Below the pieces are notes generated by a model. That model was not told where the DNA came from. It saw nothing but the letters and a program-made list of their open reading frames with translations, and did not search any database. Shown here piece after piece: positions 1 through 9,495 of a DNA stretch of 64,000 bases; position 1 is the stretch's first letter, and every line of letters begins with the position of its first letter. Source of the stretch: a virus (taxonomy: Duplodnaviria > Caudoviricetes); IMG/VR virus record IMGVR_UViG_3300029913_000001; one strand, given 5' to 3'. A program made the translations under genes and the position numbers.

Positions 1-66
1 TTGTCTTTCGTTTTTAACTTTTCCGGTATTGCGAAACATATTTTCCATGTAAAATAAATCGAACAT
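1..66 (-). CDS. 5' part of an ORF running off the window edge (MFDLFYMENMFRNTGKVKNERQ...)
   Basis: ATG at 66 preceded by AGGGA; frame open to position 1; too short to classify. Confidence 0.35.
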   Translation of the reverse strand, partial: MFDLFYMENMFRNTGKVKNERQ

Positions 67-97
67 TTAATAATCCCTATATAATGTTTTTATCATA

Positions 98-163
98 GTG
101 AACTACCGCGATTCAATGCGTTCTAACGCACGTGAAGTACACACGGGCTTGACTCGTAAAGCC
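98..163 (-). other. compact multi-hairpin element directly after the polymerase stop codon
   Basis: Minus strand GGCTT..AAGCC, CGTG..CACG, TGCGTT-AG-AACGCA, TGAA..TTCA in immediate succession; GC-richer than flanks. Confidence 0.45.
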
Positions 164-164
164 A

Positions 165-1820
165 CTAAGAGGAAAGAGCATCAATTAAATTATCTGGTAT
201 CGTTATACCAAATGATAAATCTACAAATTCTTCTTTTTTTGCTTGTAGTTCTTTTCTTTCTGCATACCATTTAGCTAATAATCCAGGAATAATCGCTTCT
301 TGATCATAACTAAAAATTGTTCCGTTACCACTTAGCATCCATTTCTGATCGCTATAAAAAATGATATCATAAATCTGAGAAGCTGAAAGAGTATCACTTG
401 TACCTGTTGATTCCCAATCAATAATAATATCTACGCCAGGTTTTCGATCAATAACCGCCTGATATTCTAGAGTTGAAAAAACACCCTCCCACGCATGAGA
501 ATAAGTCATGCCTTTTTGTGACATTTTTTCAGCAACAAATGCCTCTGTAAGTGTGGGGCGCAACTGTCCAATAATAGTTTCTATTCCCATGTTTAATGCA
601 CGAATTGTACTAGGATATAGTGAATTAATATCAATTACACCTAGCCATTCGTGAATTCCTACTTTTGGATCGGCTACATATGCGCCTACTGCGGCTGGCT
701 CGTCATCGTCTTTCTGAGAACTATATTTTGGTTTATTTGGAACAATCATACCCAAATCATGGGCTCTATTAATAATAGCCTGGTCTGTTTTGGCTACGGT
801 TCCCATACAAGTAGGTAAAAGAGTGGTTGTATCATGGGCGACAACATTAATAAGTTCAATAAACTTTAATTTATTGTCTAACTGCTCCAATAGATTAACA
901 TCTTGCCTATTATATCTAATAAATAATTCAAAATCATTATTATATAAATCATCTAATGAACCTTTATATTCAGTCTTACTACTTCCTAATTCATATTCAG
1001 CAATAGAATTTAATGAATATGAATGACGTTCTTCATATGTGAATTTTCGGTATAAATCCATCATATCGATATGAATCTTGCCAACTAATTCATACGTCTT
1101 AAATTCTTTACCATATTTTTCAACTACTTTAGCCTTTGGTTTTTCATTCCAGGATAATTCACATAATCTACGAGTATCATCTTTACTCATCACTCGTTGG
1201 ATTCGATTAACAAGATATGGAATATCGAATCCTTCGCTATTCCATCCTGATATAACATCGCTGTCTTCTAATATATCGAGAGCGGCATTAAGCATATCAA
1301 CTTCATTATCGAACACATATGTGTTCTCGAATTTATTTGCTATACTCTGCCCCTCGTCGAAAGTAATAGTTTTAGGTGGAATTGCTACAGTAATTAGTTT
1401 ATTACACCAAACTAGATCAATTGTAATTGCGGTTATTTTATTAAAGGGGTCCTCGATGGGCGAGTATCCCTTATCCTTATCGAAATCAACTTCGATATCG
1501 ATAAGAGCAACATGAAGATCAGGAGCGGGCTTACCTTTATAATTTTCCGATAAACATTTAAAAGTAAGATTTAAATCTGACTCCCAAATCTTTTTATCTG
1601 TACCTTTAAGGATCGCTAGTTCTTTGTAAAATTCACTAGAAGTTTTAGGGGTAATTTTTGTTAGAGGCGTATTATAAATTGATTTATAAGACCCATTCGG
1701 ATCATCGATATAGAAACTATAATCGACAGGATAATTATTGAACACTCTCTTGCCATTGACTCGTTCGATAACTTCAATACGATCATTCTTACGATCTATT
1801 CTAGCTGTAATATATGACAT
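165..1820 (-). CDS. family B DNA polymerase, N-terminal part (3'-5' exonuclease plus motif A), ends before motif B
   Basis: ExoI DIEVD, ExoII WNSEGFD, ExoIII YNRQD, motif A DINSLYPS; TAG after WYAERKELQAKK with no KxxxNSxYG or YGDTDS. Confidence 0.9.
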   Translation of the reverse strand: MSYITARIDRKNDRIEVIERVNGKRVFNNYPVDYSFYIDDPNGSYKSIYNTPLTKITPKTSSEFYKELAILKGTDKKIWESDLNLTFKCLSENYKGKPAPDLHVALIDIEVDFDKDKGYSPIEDPFNKITAITIDLVWCNKLITVAIPPKTITFDEGQSIANKFENTYVFDNEVDMLNAALDILEDSDVISGWNSEGFDIPYLVNRIQRVMSKDDTRRLCELSWNEKPKAKVVEKYGKEFKTYELVGKIHIDMMDLYRKFTYEERHSYSLNSIAEYELGSSKTEYKGSLDDLYNNDFELFIRYNRQDVNLLEQLDNKLKFIELINVVAHDTTTLLPTCMGTVAKTDQAIINRAHDLGMIVPNKPKYSSQKDDDEPAAVGAYVADPKVGIHEWLGVIDINSLYPSTIRALNMGIETIIGQLRPTLTEAFVAEKMSQKGMTYSHAWEGVFSTLEYQAVIDRKPGVDIIIDWESTGTSDTLSASQIYDIIFYSDQKWMLSGNGTIFSYDQEAIIPGLLAKWYAERKELQAKKEEFVDLSFGITIPDNLIDALSS

Positions 1821-1826
1821 ATAACT

Positions 1827-1855
1827 ATTATATAACCGCTATCTATAGTTGTCAA
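1827..1855 (-). promoter_or_regulatory. sigma70-type promoter of the polymerase gene
   Basis: TTGACA-17-TATAAT, ATG 6 nt downstream. Confidence 0.8.
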
Positions 1856-1859
1856 GAAA

Positions 1860-2120
1860 TTACTTTCTACCAACACTGTCTAGAATCTTTTCAAGATCAT
1901 CTAAATCATCTTTCTGGGAAGCAAAATCACCTTTTTGTGCACGAGTAATTGCACTTTTAAGTAACTTGGCAGGTATTTCCAACTCCTCTGCAATTGCTTT
2001 TACAGTGTCAGATAAACCTTCTTTTAGTGATTGAATCTCATCCTGTGTCCTAACACCGTCTGTGATCAAATCCTTTAATCTTTGAATTTCTGCTGGGCCA
2101 AAACTTGCGGGTAATGCCAT
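1860..2120 (-). CDS. small coiled-coil dsDNA-binding protein (T4 DsbA/GapR-like)
   Basis: 86 aa helical protein, EIQSLKEGLSDTVKAIAEELEIPAKLL pattern. Confidence 0.5.
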   Translation of the reverse strand: MALPASFGPAEIQRLKDLITDGVRTQDEIQSLKEGLSDTVKAIAEELEIPAKLLKSAITRAQKGDFASQKDDLDDLEKILDSVGRK

Positions 2121-2181
2121 TAGCGTTTCTCCTTATAAGTAATTATACAGCATATACGTATTATTGTGAAGATATTAATTA

Positions 2182-2772
2182 TTATATTGTATAGTGGAAT
2201 TTATTCGGCATATTTTTCTTAATATCAAAATCTAAAAAATTATCTAATTGATTTTTATATTCGTCGTATGATACGGCTATATAATTTCCATGTATACATA
2301 TTTCCATTGATTTTTTAAGAGCAATTTTAATATTTGTGTTATTGTATTTCAACGTCGATACAAACTCTTCGGGCGACAAATTTTCTAACTCCTGCTTCGA
2401 TAATTTAAGTTCTTCATGTAAATCAGCATACCGGCAAAAGGAAAAATCAAAACCATTAATGGGAAAAATAATATAAGGGTTTCCATAATACTCAGTTGAA
2501 AAATAGTCACTTGCGCAAAAAATACTATTTGATCGTAATGCCTTAAACCCGGCGGCACGCAACTTACTATCAATTAACTCTTGCAAATCAAGAGTAGTAT
2601 CCATCGGCTTTCTATTAATAGGTGATTGACCGTTAATTATAGATTTCTCCGATTTAATTCCTCGGAACAAAACCTTATTACATGAACGAAATATTTTTAA
2701 AATATTCGAGCAGTCTGATTCGATTATATAAGAAAATTTACTAAGAGACCCATCAAATTCTAGTAACTTCAT
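2182..2772 (-). CDS. ART-like paralog 1 (start MKLLEF)
   Basis: LFRG...GFKALRSNSIFCAS...YGNPYIIFPINGFDFSF...EICIHGNYIA. Confidence 0.7.
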   Translation of the reverse strand: MKLLEFDGSLSKFSYIIESDCSNILKIFRSCNKVLFRGIKSEKSIINGQSPINRKPMDTTLDLQELIDSKLRAAGFKALRSNSIFCASDYFSTEYYGNPYIIFPINGFDFSFCRYADLHEELKLSKQELENLSPEEFVSTLKYNNTNIKIALKKSMEICIHGNYIAVSYDEYKNQLDNFLDFDIKKNMPNKFHYTI

Positions 2773-2782
2773 TTTACCTTCC

Positions 2783-3640
2783 TTACTCGTCATCGTCTTG
2801 ATCTTCATCACCTTGAAAAATAGGAACTTGCCCTAATAATTCTAATTGATCTGATTTTAACCAGCAACTCGATTCACAGTCATATCCGTACGTAAATTGT
2901 GTTGCTCCATCATAACCAGCATAACTATATGACCCGAAATTATAATGATGAATGCAATCAAAATGCTTCTGTAATTCTTGCCAAGGAAAATCTTTTTTAA
3001 TCAAATCATCCGGAGACCCGTATGATTTTATTCGTTCCCATTCTGCAGGATCTAAATATGCTGAATTACCACGGCCCAATTTTTCAAAAATTTCATAAAT
3101 TATTTTTGCATCATCGGTTGAATCTAATTCATAAACTACAGTGTTCGGCTTAACCTTGTATACATAACCTATTTTACTTTGCCTAGATATTCCCAAATCT
3201 CCCATTCCATAGGCTTGTATAAATTTATTCCATCCGCTTGTCCACTTACCATTTGGTAATTTCTTAGCGGTACTTGTCCATAAAATTGCCCCAACTGGTT
3301 TATTATTTCCGGGTAATACCGGGGAGCCGCCGGCTATAACAGGAGCGCCCTCGTTTAAATTTCTAGACTCCATCGCAGTATCAATATAATTTTTCGCCCA
3401 ATCGGTAAGATTCCCCTCATCGTCGTATGAATATTTTGCCCTATCTTTAAGTAAATAATCTGATCTTTCTTTTTTCGTAGTATATGATACTGATTTTCTG
3501 GGTATAAAAAGCTGAAGTGTTCCGTTAGGAGCAACCGTAGTGCCATGTTTTTTGTAATATTCTAGGGATTCTCTAGCAGCTTCTATTGGATCATATATTG
3601 CTTCAATTTTTTTCTTTTTTGCAAATTCATCTATTCTCAT
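2783..3640 (-). CDS. putative packaged protein with KPxGxxLWTS...YDCES domain (possible second ART-fold family)
   Basis: MRIDEF start; KPVGAILWTSTA, GYVYKV, FDCIH, YGYDCESSCWL. Confidence 0.45.
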   Translation of the reverse strand: MRIDEFAKKKKIEAIYDPIEAARESLEYYKKHGTTVAPNGTLQLFIPRKSVSYTTKKERSDYLLKDRAKYSYDDEGNLTDWAKNYIDTAMESRNLNEGAPVIAGGSPVLPGNNKPVGAILWTSTAKKLPNGKWTSGWNKFIQAYGMGDLGISRQSKIGYVYKVKPNTVVYELDSTDDAKIIYEIFEKLGRGNSAYLDPAEWERIKSYGSPDDLIKKDFPWQELQKHFDCIHHYNFGSYSYAGYDGATQFTYGYDCESSCWLKSDQLELLGQVPIFQGDEDQDDDE

Positions 3641-3806
3641 TAAAATAGCTCCATATCAATGATATATCGCAGGTAAGGCAGCGACATTCTAATAATCTAT
3701 TACTCCATTAAGCGGCTACAACTCGATGATTACCATCAATTAAATAATCTTTTCTGTTCCATTATTTAACAATAATATTGTTCACGTTAAACTCATCAAA
3801 TCTCAT
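3627..3806 (-). pseudogene. decayed ParB/Srx-like gene
   Basis: MRFDEFNVNNIIVK*WNRKDYLIDGNHRVVAA*W...; LIDGNHR motif with two in-frame TAA. Confidence 0.6.
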
Positions 3807-3807
3807 T

Positions 3808-4274
3808 TCATACCTCGCCTGGAATAACTAAAATTTTCGGATATGGCTCAACCCCACATATTTTAGCTGCATTTAACCGAGTGTTCCCTGCCGTTAATAC
3901 TCGTTGACCATAATGTTCTATTACCATCGCCATAGGAATTGCATCGTTATTTTCAAATCCTCTTGCAATTCTAAATGGATCTCTAACATAATCAGAATAA
4001 TACAAACTTATATCTTGCATCATCTGCAAAGAACTACCATTTGTCAATCTAGAAATTGAATTAAAATTATCGTATGACAGACGTTCAATTTTGCCCCGTA
4101 AAACCGCTAGTTTAGCATTTTTCCAGGTAGACCAGCAATTAATATCTGGTAATCCAATTACATCAGGATAATCTCTGTCATTTAAATGTTTGAGATCAAA
4201 TTCTTTCCGCAACTCGGTATCATTAGGCAAACGCCAATTATCATAATGAATTTGTTTAATTTCAAAAGTCTCAT
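3808..4274 (-). CDS. ParB/Srx-like domain protein, apparent 1-nt frameshift at the 5' end
   Basis: LTAGNTRL motif; ATG AGA CTT TT(T) GAA ATT would give MRLFEIKQ, but one T is missing in the run at 4264-4267. Confidence 0.55.
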
Positions 4275-4846
4275 ATAATTACTCCAAGCCAGTCTTGAAA
4301 CCAATATGTTGAAAAAGAATTATAACGAACTGCTGCATATTTTCCATGAAGGTAAACTTCTACTCCGGTATGCATAGCAAATCCTAAATCAGTATCTTTA
4401 AACTCCAAATCTTTAATAAATTTATCTGTTGACATATTTTGAATTTGAGGAACATTATATTCCATTTCTTCTGTTAAATCTCGATATTTGCAATATGTAT
4501 AATCGAATCCGTTAACTGGAAAAATTACATATAAACTTCCGCCATCGGCGTATGCTATAGCATCATTCTCCCGACCCGTGCAAAAAATACTATTTGATCG
4601 TAATGCCTTAAACCCGGCCGCTTGTAACTTGTCGTCGATGGCAAATGATAAAAATCTAGGAGTATCTCTTGGCAAACGATTTACTGGTGACTCGTCAATT
4701 AAATACTTCTCGGAACTCGCTATTCCTCGGTATAAAACTTTTCTATTCTCGCGATACAGCACCAAAATATCAGAACACTTTTCTTTAATGAAAGAAATTA
4801 TTGCATCATTACCGCTTCCCGAGTTATTGATTTCTGTTAATCTCAT
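4271..4846 (-). CDS. ART-like paralog 2
   Basis: MRLTEI start; LYRG...GFKALRSNSIFCTG...YVIFPVNGFDYTY...EVYLHGKYAA. Confidence 0.7.
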   Translation of the reverse strand: MRLTEINNSGSGNDAIISFIKEKCSDILVLYRENRKVLYRGIASSEKYLIDESPVNRLPRDTPRFLSFAIDDKLQAAGFKALRSNSIFCTGRENDAIAYADGGSLYVIFPVNGFDYTYCKYRDLTEEMEYNVPQIQNMSTDKFIKDLEFKDTDLGFAMHTGVEVYLHGKYAAVRYNSFSTYWFQDWLGVII

Positions 4847-5850
4847 ATCTTACCATCGCAGGCCTTAACAATGTTACTTTGACTCTTACGTCCGATCCGA
4901 TAAAATTCATCGGCGGTTAACCATTTTGTTTCACTAACTTCAAAACCAGGTTTATCAAAATCTACGGGATCGGTTACTTCCCCAATAAAAATAGTCATCT
5001 CACTGGTTTCTGTATATCCTGTTATTTCACCTTTCCAACCAATCTTAACGGTGTTAGAAATCAAATTTGAAGGTCTCAACCCGCATTCTTCGTTTGCTTC
5101 TCTAAGCCCTGCTTGCATTTCGTTTTCACCAGCATCAACATGCCCCTTTGCAATCATGGGCTTGTCCCCACCATACGACGGATCGCTGCTAATAACAAAT
5201 AACATTCGAGCTACGCCGTTATTATCTCGGTAATACGGAATAAATCCGGCTTTTTTAATTTGGCTACGATCCCAAGCTTCTTCTAAGTTATTGGACATCG
5301 TACCTTTTAATTCACATTCAGCACAACAAAATTTCTGGTCAGTCGAATGAATATTTTTAAATGTTATTCCACAAACTGGACATTTTTTATCAACTGTTTT
5401 ATCCGCATTTGCAAATTCATTATACGTTAAACTTTCTTGTACAAGATCCCTCTTTTTCATTTTACGCATAAAACCATCTGGGCGATGAAGGAAAGACGAA
5501 ATGAGATCTTCCTTCTTACTTCCAATATTGCCACCCTCAGCAAATGTATTGGCGATTTCTGTAGCCGCATTAACTATATCATTCATTGTTAATTTACGAG
5601 GTTTTTTTCCTCGCAATTCTTCCCACATTAGATACATAAAATCCGAAGGATCATCATATATCTCAGCTAATACTTTTTTATTAGTCATATTAATTCTCGA
5701 ACATCCCATAAATTTTGTACTTAAAATTTTTGATTTCTTGGGCTCAGCACCTAAAATAGGGCCGAGCTCGTCAACTTTATCTTGTGGCCCGAGCCACTGA
5801 GAATTTCTATACGATTTATCAGATCCTAAAATTGTTTTTTTCTTTTTCAC
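4843..5850 (-). CDS. modular protein with zinc-ribbon and C-terminal Nudix hydrolase
   Basis: CPVC..CCAEC; Nudix box KGHVDAGENEMQAGLREANEECG. Confidence 0.8.
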   Translation of the reverse strand: MKKKKTILGSDKSYRNSQWLGPQDKVDELGPILGAEPKKSKILSTKFMGCSRINMTNKKVLAEIYDDPSDFMYLMWEELRGKKPRKLTMNDIVNAATEIANTFAEGGNIGSKKEDLISSFLHRPDGFMRKMKKRDLVQESLTYNEFANADKTVDKKCPVCGITFKNIHSTDQKFCCAECELKGTMSNNLEEAWDRSQIKKAGFIPYYRDNNGVARMLFVISSDPSYGGDKPMIAKGHVDAGENEMQAGLREANEECGLRPSNLISNTVKIGWKGEITGYTETSEMTIFIGEVTDPVDFDKPGFEVSETKWLTADEFYRIGRKSQSNIVKACDGKI

Positions 5851-6788
5851 TATTTCACCAAACTTAAAAAGTCAAATCGTCGTCTTGCGGCTTCGTAGCA
5901 ATCGTTATCTATTGCAATGTAAGCCCCATGCACCCAAACATCTTGCCCTTTACTCAACGCCCATGCTAAATCAGTATCATAAAATTCATTCACCCGCATA
6001 TATTCTTCTACTATATCTGGGTTAGTTGGTTCTAAATTAATCTTTTCGGATATTTTATCAGCCTCTTCTCTAAATTCTTCAAATATAGGATATTTTTGCA
6101 CCAAAATATAAAACTCTTTTAATATTTTATTTATTTTGCCGCGGATCTGATAAATCGTATGGTAATTCTGTATAATAGTACCTATAGTGTAGGCATCTTT
6201 TAAAAATTTTTTTACTTTTATATCTGAACTAGCTATCGTATTGAATTGTTTTTTATAAAATGCAGACTCTAGTATCTGGTCTATTATTAACCTATGCACA
6301 TGCGTTTTTAATTCAACTAAAGGACATATATACTCTCTGGCAGTAGTCCAGGTCCATCTTTTACTATACCCAAAAGTAAATCCGTTAATAGGTAATATTA
6401 GAAAAACTCGGCCCCAGGATCCGGCATCAGAAATGCTTGAAGTGCAAAAAATACTATTACTACGCAATGCAGTAAATCCAGAAGATGACATACAATAATC
6501 TGCATACTTAACGGCCTTCGCGATTTCATCGTTAGCCAAACGCTGTTCGATACTTTTTCGTTTTGCTGGAGGATATCCCATAAAAATGGTTGATCCACCC
6601 GAAACGCCTTTTATCCCTCGATATAGATAATTATCAGATTCTTTTGCATCTTTTAAAAATTCAGAGCAATTTTTAAAAATCCATTTTTCAATTTTGGCTA
6701 GCTCAGTCGCGGCCGAGGTATAGTTAATCGAAGAAAATGTATTCGGCTTCAGCATAGCGGGATCCGGCATTAACTCATTTATCAACAT
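5850..6788 (-). CDS. ART-like paralog 3 (long helical insert, D at the acidic position)
   Basis: MLINEL start; LYRG...GFTALRSNSIFCTS...DVWVHGAYIA. Confidence 0.7.
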   Translation of the reverse strand: MLINELMPDPAMLKPNTFSSINYTSAATELAKIEKWIFKNCSEFLKDAKESDNYLYRGIKGVSGGSTIFMGYPPAKRKSIEQRLANDEIAKAVKYADYCMSSSGFTALRSNSIFCTSSISDAGSWGRVFLILPINGFTFGYSKRWTWTTAREYICPLVELKTHVHRLIIDQILESAFYKKQFNTIASSDIKVKKFLKDAYTIGTIIQNYHTIYQIRGKINKILKEFYILVQKYPIFEEFREEADKISEKINLEPTNPDIVEEYMRVNEFYDTDLAWALSKGQDVWVHGAYIAIDNDCYEAARRRFDFLSLVK

Positions 6789-6816
6789 GTTTTACTCCTA
6801 TTCCCTATATCTTGAT

Positions 6817-7455
6817 TTAGTCGAATTCTTCATTTTCTGGGTTATACTTAACCGGTAGACCCTTAAAATCATCGGCATTAATTTTGGTTTCTTCATGCTT
6901 AATAGCAACATAAGCGCCGTGAATCCAAACATCATAATGATTAATTAATGGCCATTGCAAATTAGTATTGTATAATTCATTGTAATCTAAAAATTCTTCT
7001 ACATGTTCTGCATTCATCATTCTAGGACGAATATTATATGCGCACGCATTACAATTAGTAAAAGCCTTACTATATCCAAATGTAAATCCATTAATAGGAT
7101 ATATTTCATATACCTCTCCCCAAGATCTCGCCGCCCCGGTAAAAGAATTACAAAAAATACTATTACTTCGTCGAGCCGGCCATCCCGCTAACTTGAGAAG
7201 AAAATCAACCTTCTCCGCGGCCTCTGTTGAATAATATTCAACCGTAGGTCGATTTTCCCTAGAATAGCCAATAAAAGATTCTCGGGTTTCGTTCTTAATA
7301 CCGCGATATAATTTATAATCACCCGCAACAGATAAAAATTCGGAGCAATGCTCAACAATCCAGGATTGCAATTTATCCGATTTATATCTAGCAAGAGATA
7401 ATTGCTGTCCGGGTTTTAGCAAATCAACTCGATTTAAAATTTCATTTAACCGCAT
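6817..7455 (-). CDS. ART-like paralog 4 (start MRLNEIL)
   Basis: LYRG...GWPARRSNSIFCNS...YEIYPINGFTFGY...DVWIHGAYVA. Confidence 0.7.
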   Translation of the reverse strand: MRLNEILNRVDLLKPGQQLSLARYKSDKLQSWIVEHCSEFLSVAGDYKLYRGIKNETRESFIGYSRENRPTVEYYSTEAAEKVDFLLKLAGWPARRSNSIFCNSFTGAARSWGEVYEIYPINGFTFGYSKAFTNCNACAYNIRPRMMNAEHVEEFLDYNELYNTNLQWPLINHYDVWIHGAYVAIKHEETKINADDFKGLPVKYNPENEEFD

Positions 7456-7627
7456 TTTTTCTCTTCTTCCTATGTCGTTTAATCGGAGAATAAATTGATG
7501 AATTAGGGTCACCGCCAAAAAACTGTCCAGCCGGAGGTGTACCCATTGGGCTATTAACAGTTGATATAGATCCAGAGCTTGTTCCCCCGCTTGATCCATT
7601 TTCTCGAATTATGTCTTTTATCTTCAT
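7442..7627 (-). CDS. small Gly/Ser-rich putative virion protein
   Basis: MKIKDIIRENGSSGGTSSGSI; TAAATA motif 5 nt upstream of ATG. Confidence 0.6.
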   Translation of the reverse strand: MKIKDIIRENGSSGGTSSGSISTVNSPMGTPPAGQFFGGDPNSSIYSPIKRHRKKRKNAVK

Positions 7628-7635
7628 ATTAATAT

Positions 7636-8067
7636 TTATCGTTTTATTGTTGAACGAAGGAACCAAGCAAATTTTTCTTGGGAATCGATTAATCCTTGCA
7701 CGAAATTTTGTAACCCTAATTGATCGGGTGCCGATGCGTTAACTTCATTAAGAACTTCTATTAATTTTTCATTATCAATCAACAATTCTTGAATCATTTC
7801 TTGCGCAGGTAAAATACCAGCAAAATCAGATAACACCGATAATCCCATTATTTGTTGAAGACCGAGGGGAGTAAAAATATCAAGTGCTCGCATCTCTTCT
7901 CCAATCCCATCATAGGCAGTATCAACCGATTCATATATGAGTTGTAATAATTTATGCAATTCATAAAATCTCGGGCCAGTAATATTAAAGTGTGCAATAT
8001 GAACCTTAATTGTATAATGTAACACCGTAGCAGTCGCTACCGCCAGCACTTCCTCTAAATTTTTCAT
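7636..8067 (-). CDS. dps: Dps/ferritin-like protein
   Basis: HIAHFNITGPRFYELHKLLQLIYES...DGIGEEMRAL four-helix signature. Confidence 0.85.
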   Translation of the reverse strand: MKNLEEVLAVATATVLHYTIKVHIAHFNITGPRFYELHKLLQLIYESVDTAYDGIGEEMRALDIFTPLGLQQIMGLSVLSDFAGILPAQEMIQELLIDNEKLIEVLNEVNASAPDQLGLQNFVQGLIDSQEKFAWFLRSTIKR

Positions 8068-8152
8068 TTAATCTCCTATTTTGAAAATTGAATCTTCTGC
8101 TTTTCATTTAATTTAGAACTAATCTTCCAATGTTTTAATTGTATATTCGGCA

Positions 8153-8416
8153 TCATGCCAGTTGCCCATCCTTGGCATCCATAATTTTAATAACTCTGGA
8201 TAATATTTCAGTTTTTATGTCAGAGTTATTCCAATCTTTATCAACAAACAGATAAAATGGTTTCCACTTATTACCAATTATTTGCATGATTACCGTACCA
8301 ATTTCCCCAAAACCTTTACAATACCCAGATAATACATACACCGAAATTTTTGAACCGTTAGTTAATTTTCCAGTCCATTTAATTTTGTTCGAATTGTTAA
8401 TTTCATTTACTCGCAT
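8153..8416 (-). CDS. hypothetical protein (MRVNEI start)
   Basis: 87 aa ORF in operon context. Confidence 0.55.
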   Translation of the reverse strand: MRVNEINNSNKIKWTGKLTNGSKISVYVLSGYCKGFGEIGTVIMQIIGNKWKPFYLFVDKDWNNSDIKTEILSRVIKIMDAKDGQLA

Positions 8417-8442
8417 AGTTATACTGCTTTTAAAATTTCTGA

Positions 8443-9495
8443 TTATTTCTTTAGACCAAAATATTTACATAATAATTTGTCATAATTAATTTCTAGAATA
8501 TCCTGTCTAATTGCTACATAATGCCCACAAATACATACCTCATTCCTCGTTTTCATTGCTTGATCAAGATTATTAGTACGTATGTTATGATATTTTAAAA
8601 AATTATTTGATTGTTGCTTACGATCACTTGCCTGCATAATAAGTTTGTACGCGGTTTTTATGTTGGCGGATGAAATTGAATTCAACTTATATTTTTTAGC
8701 AATCTTGCAATAGGTATCTAACGTTGTTTTAATTTTTAATAATTCTTTATTCATGCTAGCTAAGACATCGGCTGTGTCGTAGGCATCAAAAAATCTAGCA
8801 TCTGACCAATATTCTTCAATACTTTCTATTATTCTACCGTCCGTTCTTGATAGTTCGGAAAAATCTGGAAAGGCTACGGAAAAACTCCTCAATAAAGTTA
8901 ATAATTTTTTAAATTCTATATTGCTATCAATTATATCATCCACAGATATTTCCCAATCTTCATGCTTACTCCAGGTATATGAAAATCCATCACAAGGAAA
9001 AATACAAAATATATGCCCATAACCATCTGCACCCAGACTGTTACTTATACAAAAAATACTATTTGATCGTATTGCCTTACAACCACCAAGCGATAATAAT
9101 TCATCCACATTTTTTTGAATTTTTTTCGGAGTATCCAATGGACGTCTATTCAATCGTGAAGCACCTATAAAATAAACCGTTTTGGGATCTATATCTCGTG
9201 ATCCGCGATATAATAATGAACTTGATTTTTTCATGTATCTTAAATATTCACTACAATTCTCCTCTATAAATCGGCAAACTTTTAAAAATCGAAGTTTATC
9301 TTTATCCCGCATTGATGCGGGATAAAGATTTAGCAATATTTTCTTGCTAGGCGTTAAATTTGCACTAAATAAGTCGCCTTCTACCGTTGATCCCGGTTTT
9401 AATTTCTTATAATTTTTCATAGGTAATTTACCCACTCTCTTAATCTTTTTCGTGATTTTAATCTCAGTTATCTTATTGTATGAATTAATAATCAT
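8443..9495 (-). CDS. ART-like paralog 5 (long insert); start uncertain (9495 or 9420)
   Basis: LYRG...GCKAIRSNSIFCIS...YGHIFCIFPCDGFSYTW...EVCICGHYVA. Confidence 0.7.
   Translation of the reverse strand: MIINSYNKITEIKITKKIKRVGKLPMKNYKKLKPGSTVEGDLFSANLTPSKKILLNLYPASMRDKDKLRFLKVCRFIEENCSEYLRYMKKSSSLLYRGSRDIDPKTVYFIGASRLNRRPLDTPKKIQKNVDELLSLGGCKAIRSNSIFCISNSLGADGYGHIFCIFPCDGFSYTWSKHEDWEISVDDIIDSNIEFKKLLTLLRSFSVAFPDFSELSRTDGRIIESIEEYWSDARFFDAYDTADVLASMNKELLKIKTTLDTYCKIAKKYKLNSISSANIKTAYKLIMQASDRKQQSNNFLKYHNIRTNNLDQAMKTRNEVCICGHYVAIRQDILEINYDKLLCKYFGLKK

Noticed and set aside
165-260. Split intein at the polymerase C-terminus
   Set aside because: No Cys/Ser-initiated intein block A after the extein; the tail is only about 22 aa.
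165-3806. Alternative genetic code (TAG or TAA reassignment)
   Set aside because: Very long ORFs are intact under code 11, and TAG/TAA end genes at natural boundaries. Reading through the polymerase TAG gives no polymerase sequence, and the in-frame TAAs are confined to one relic.
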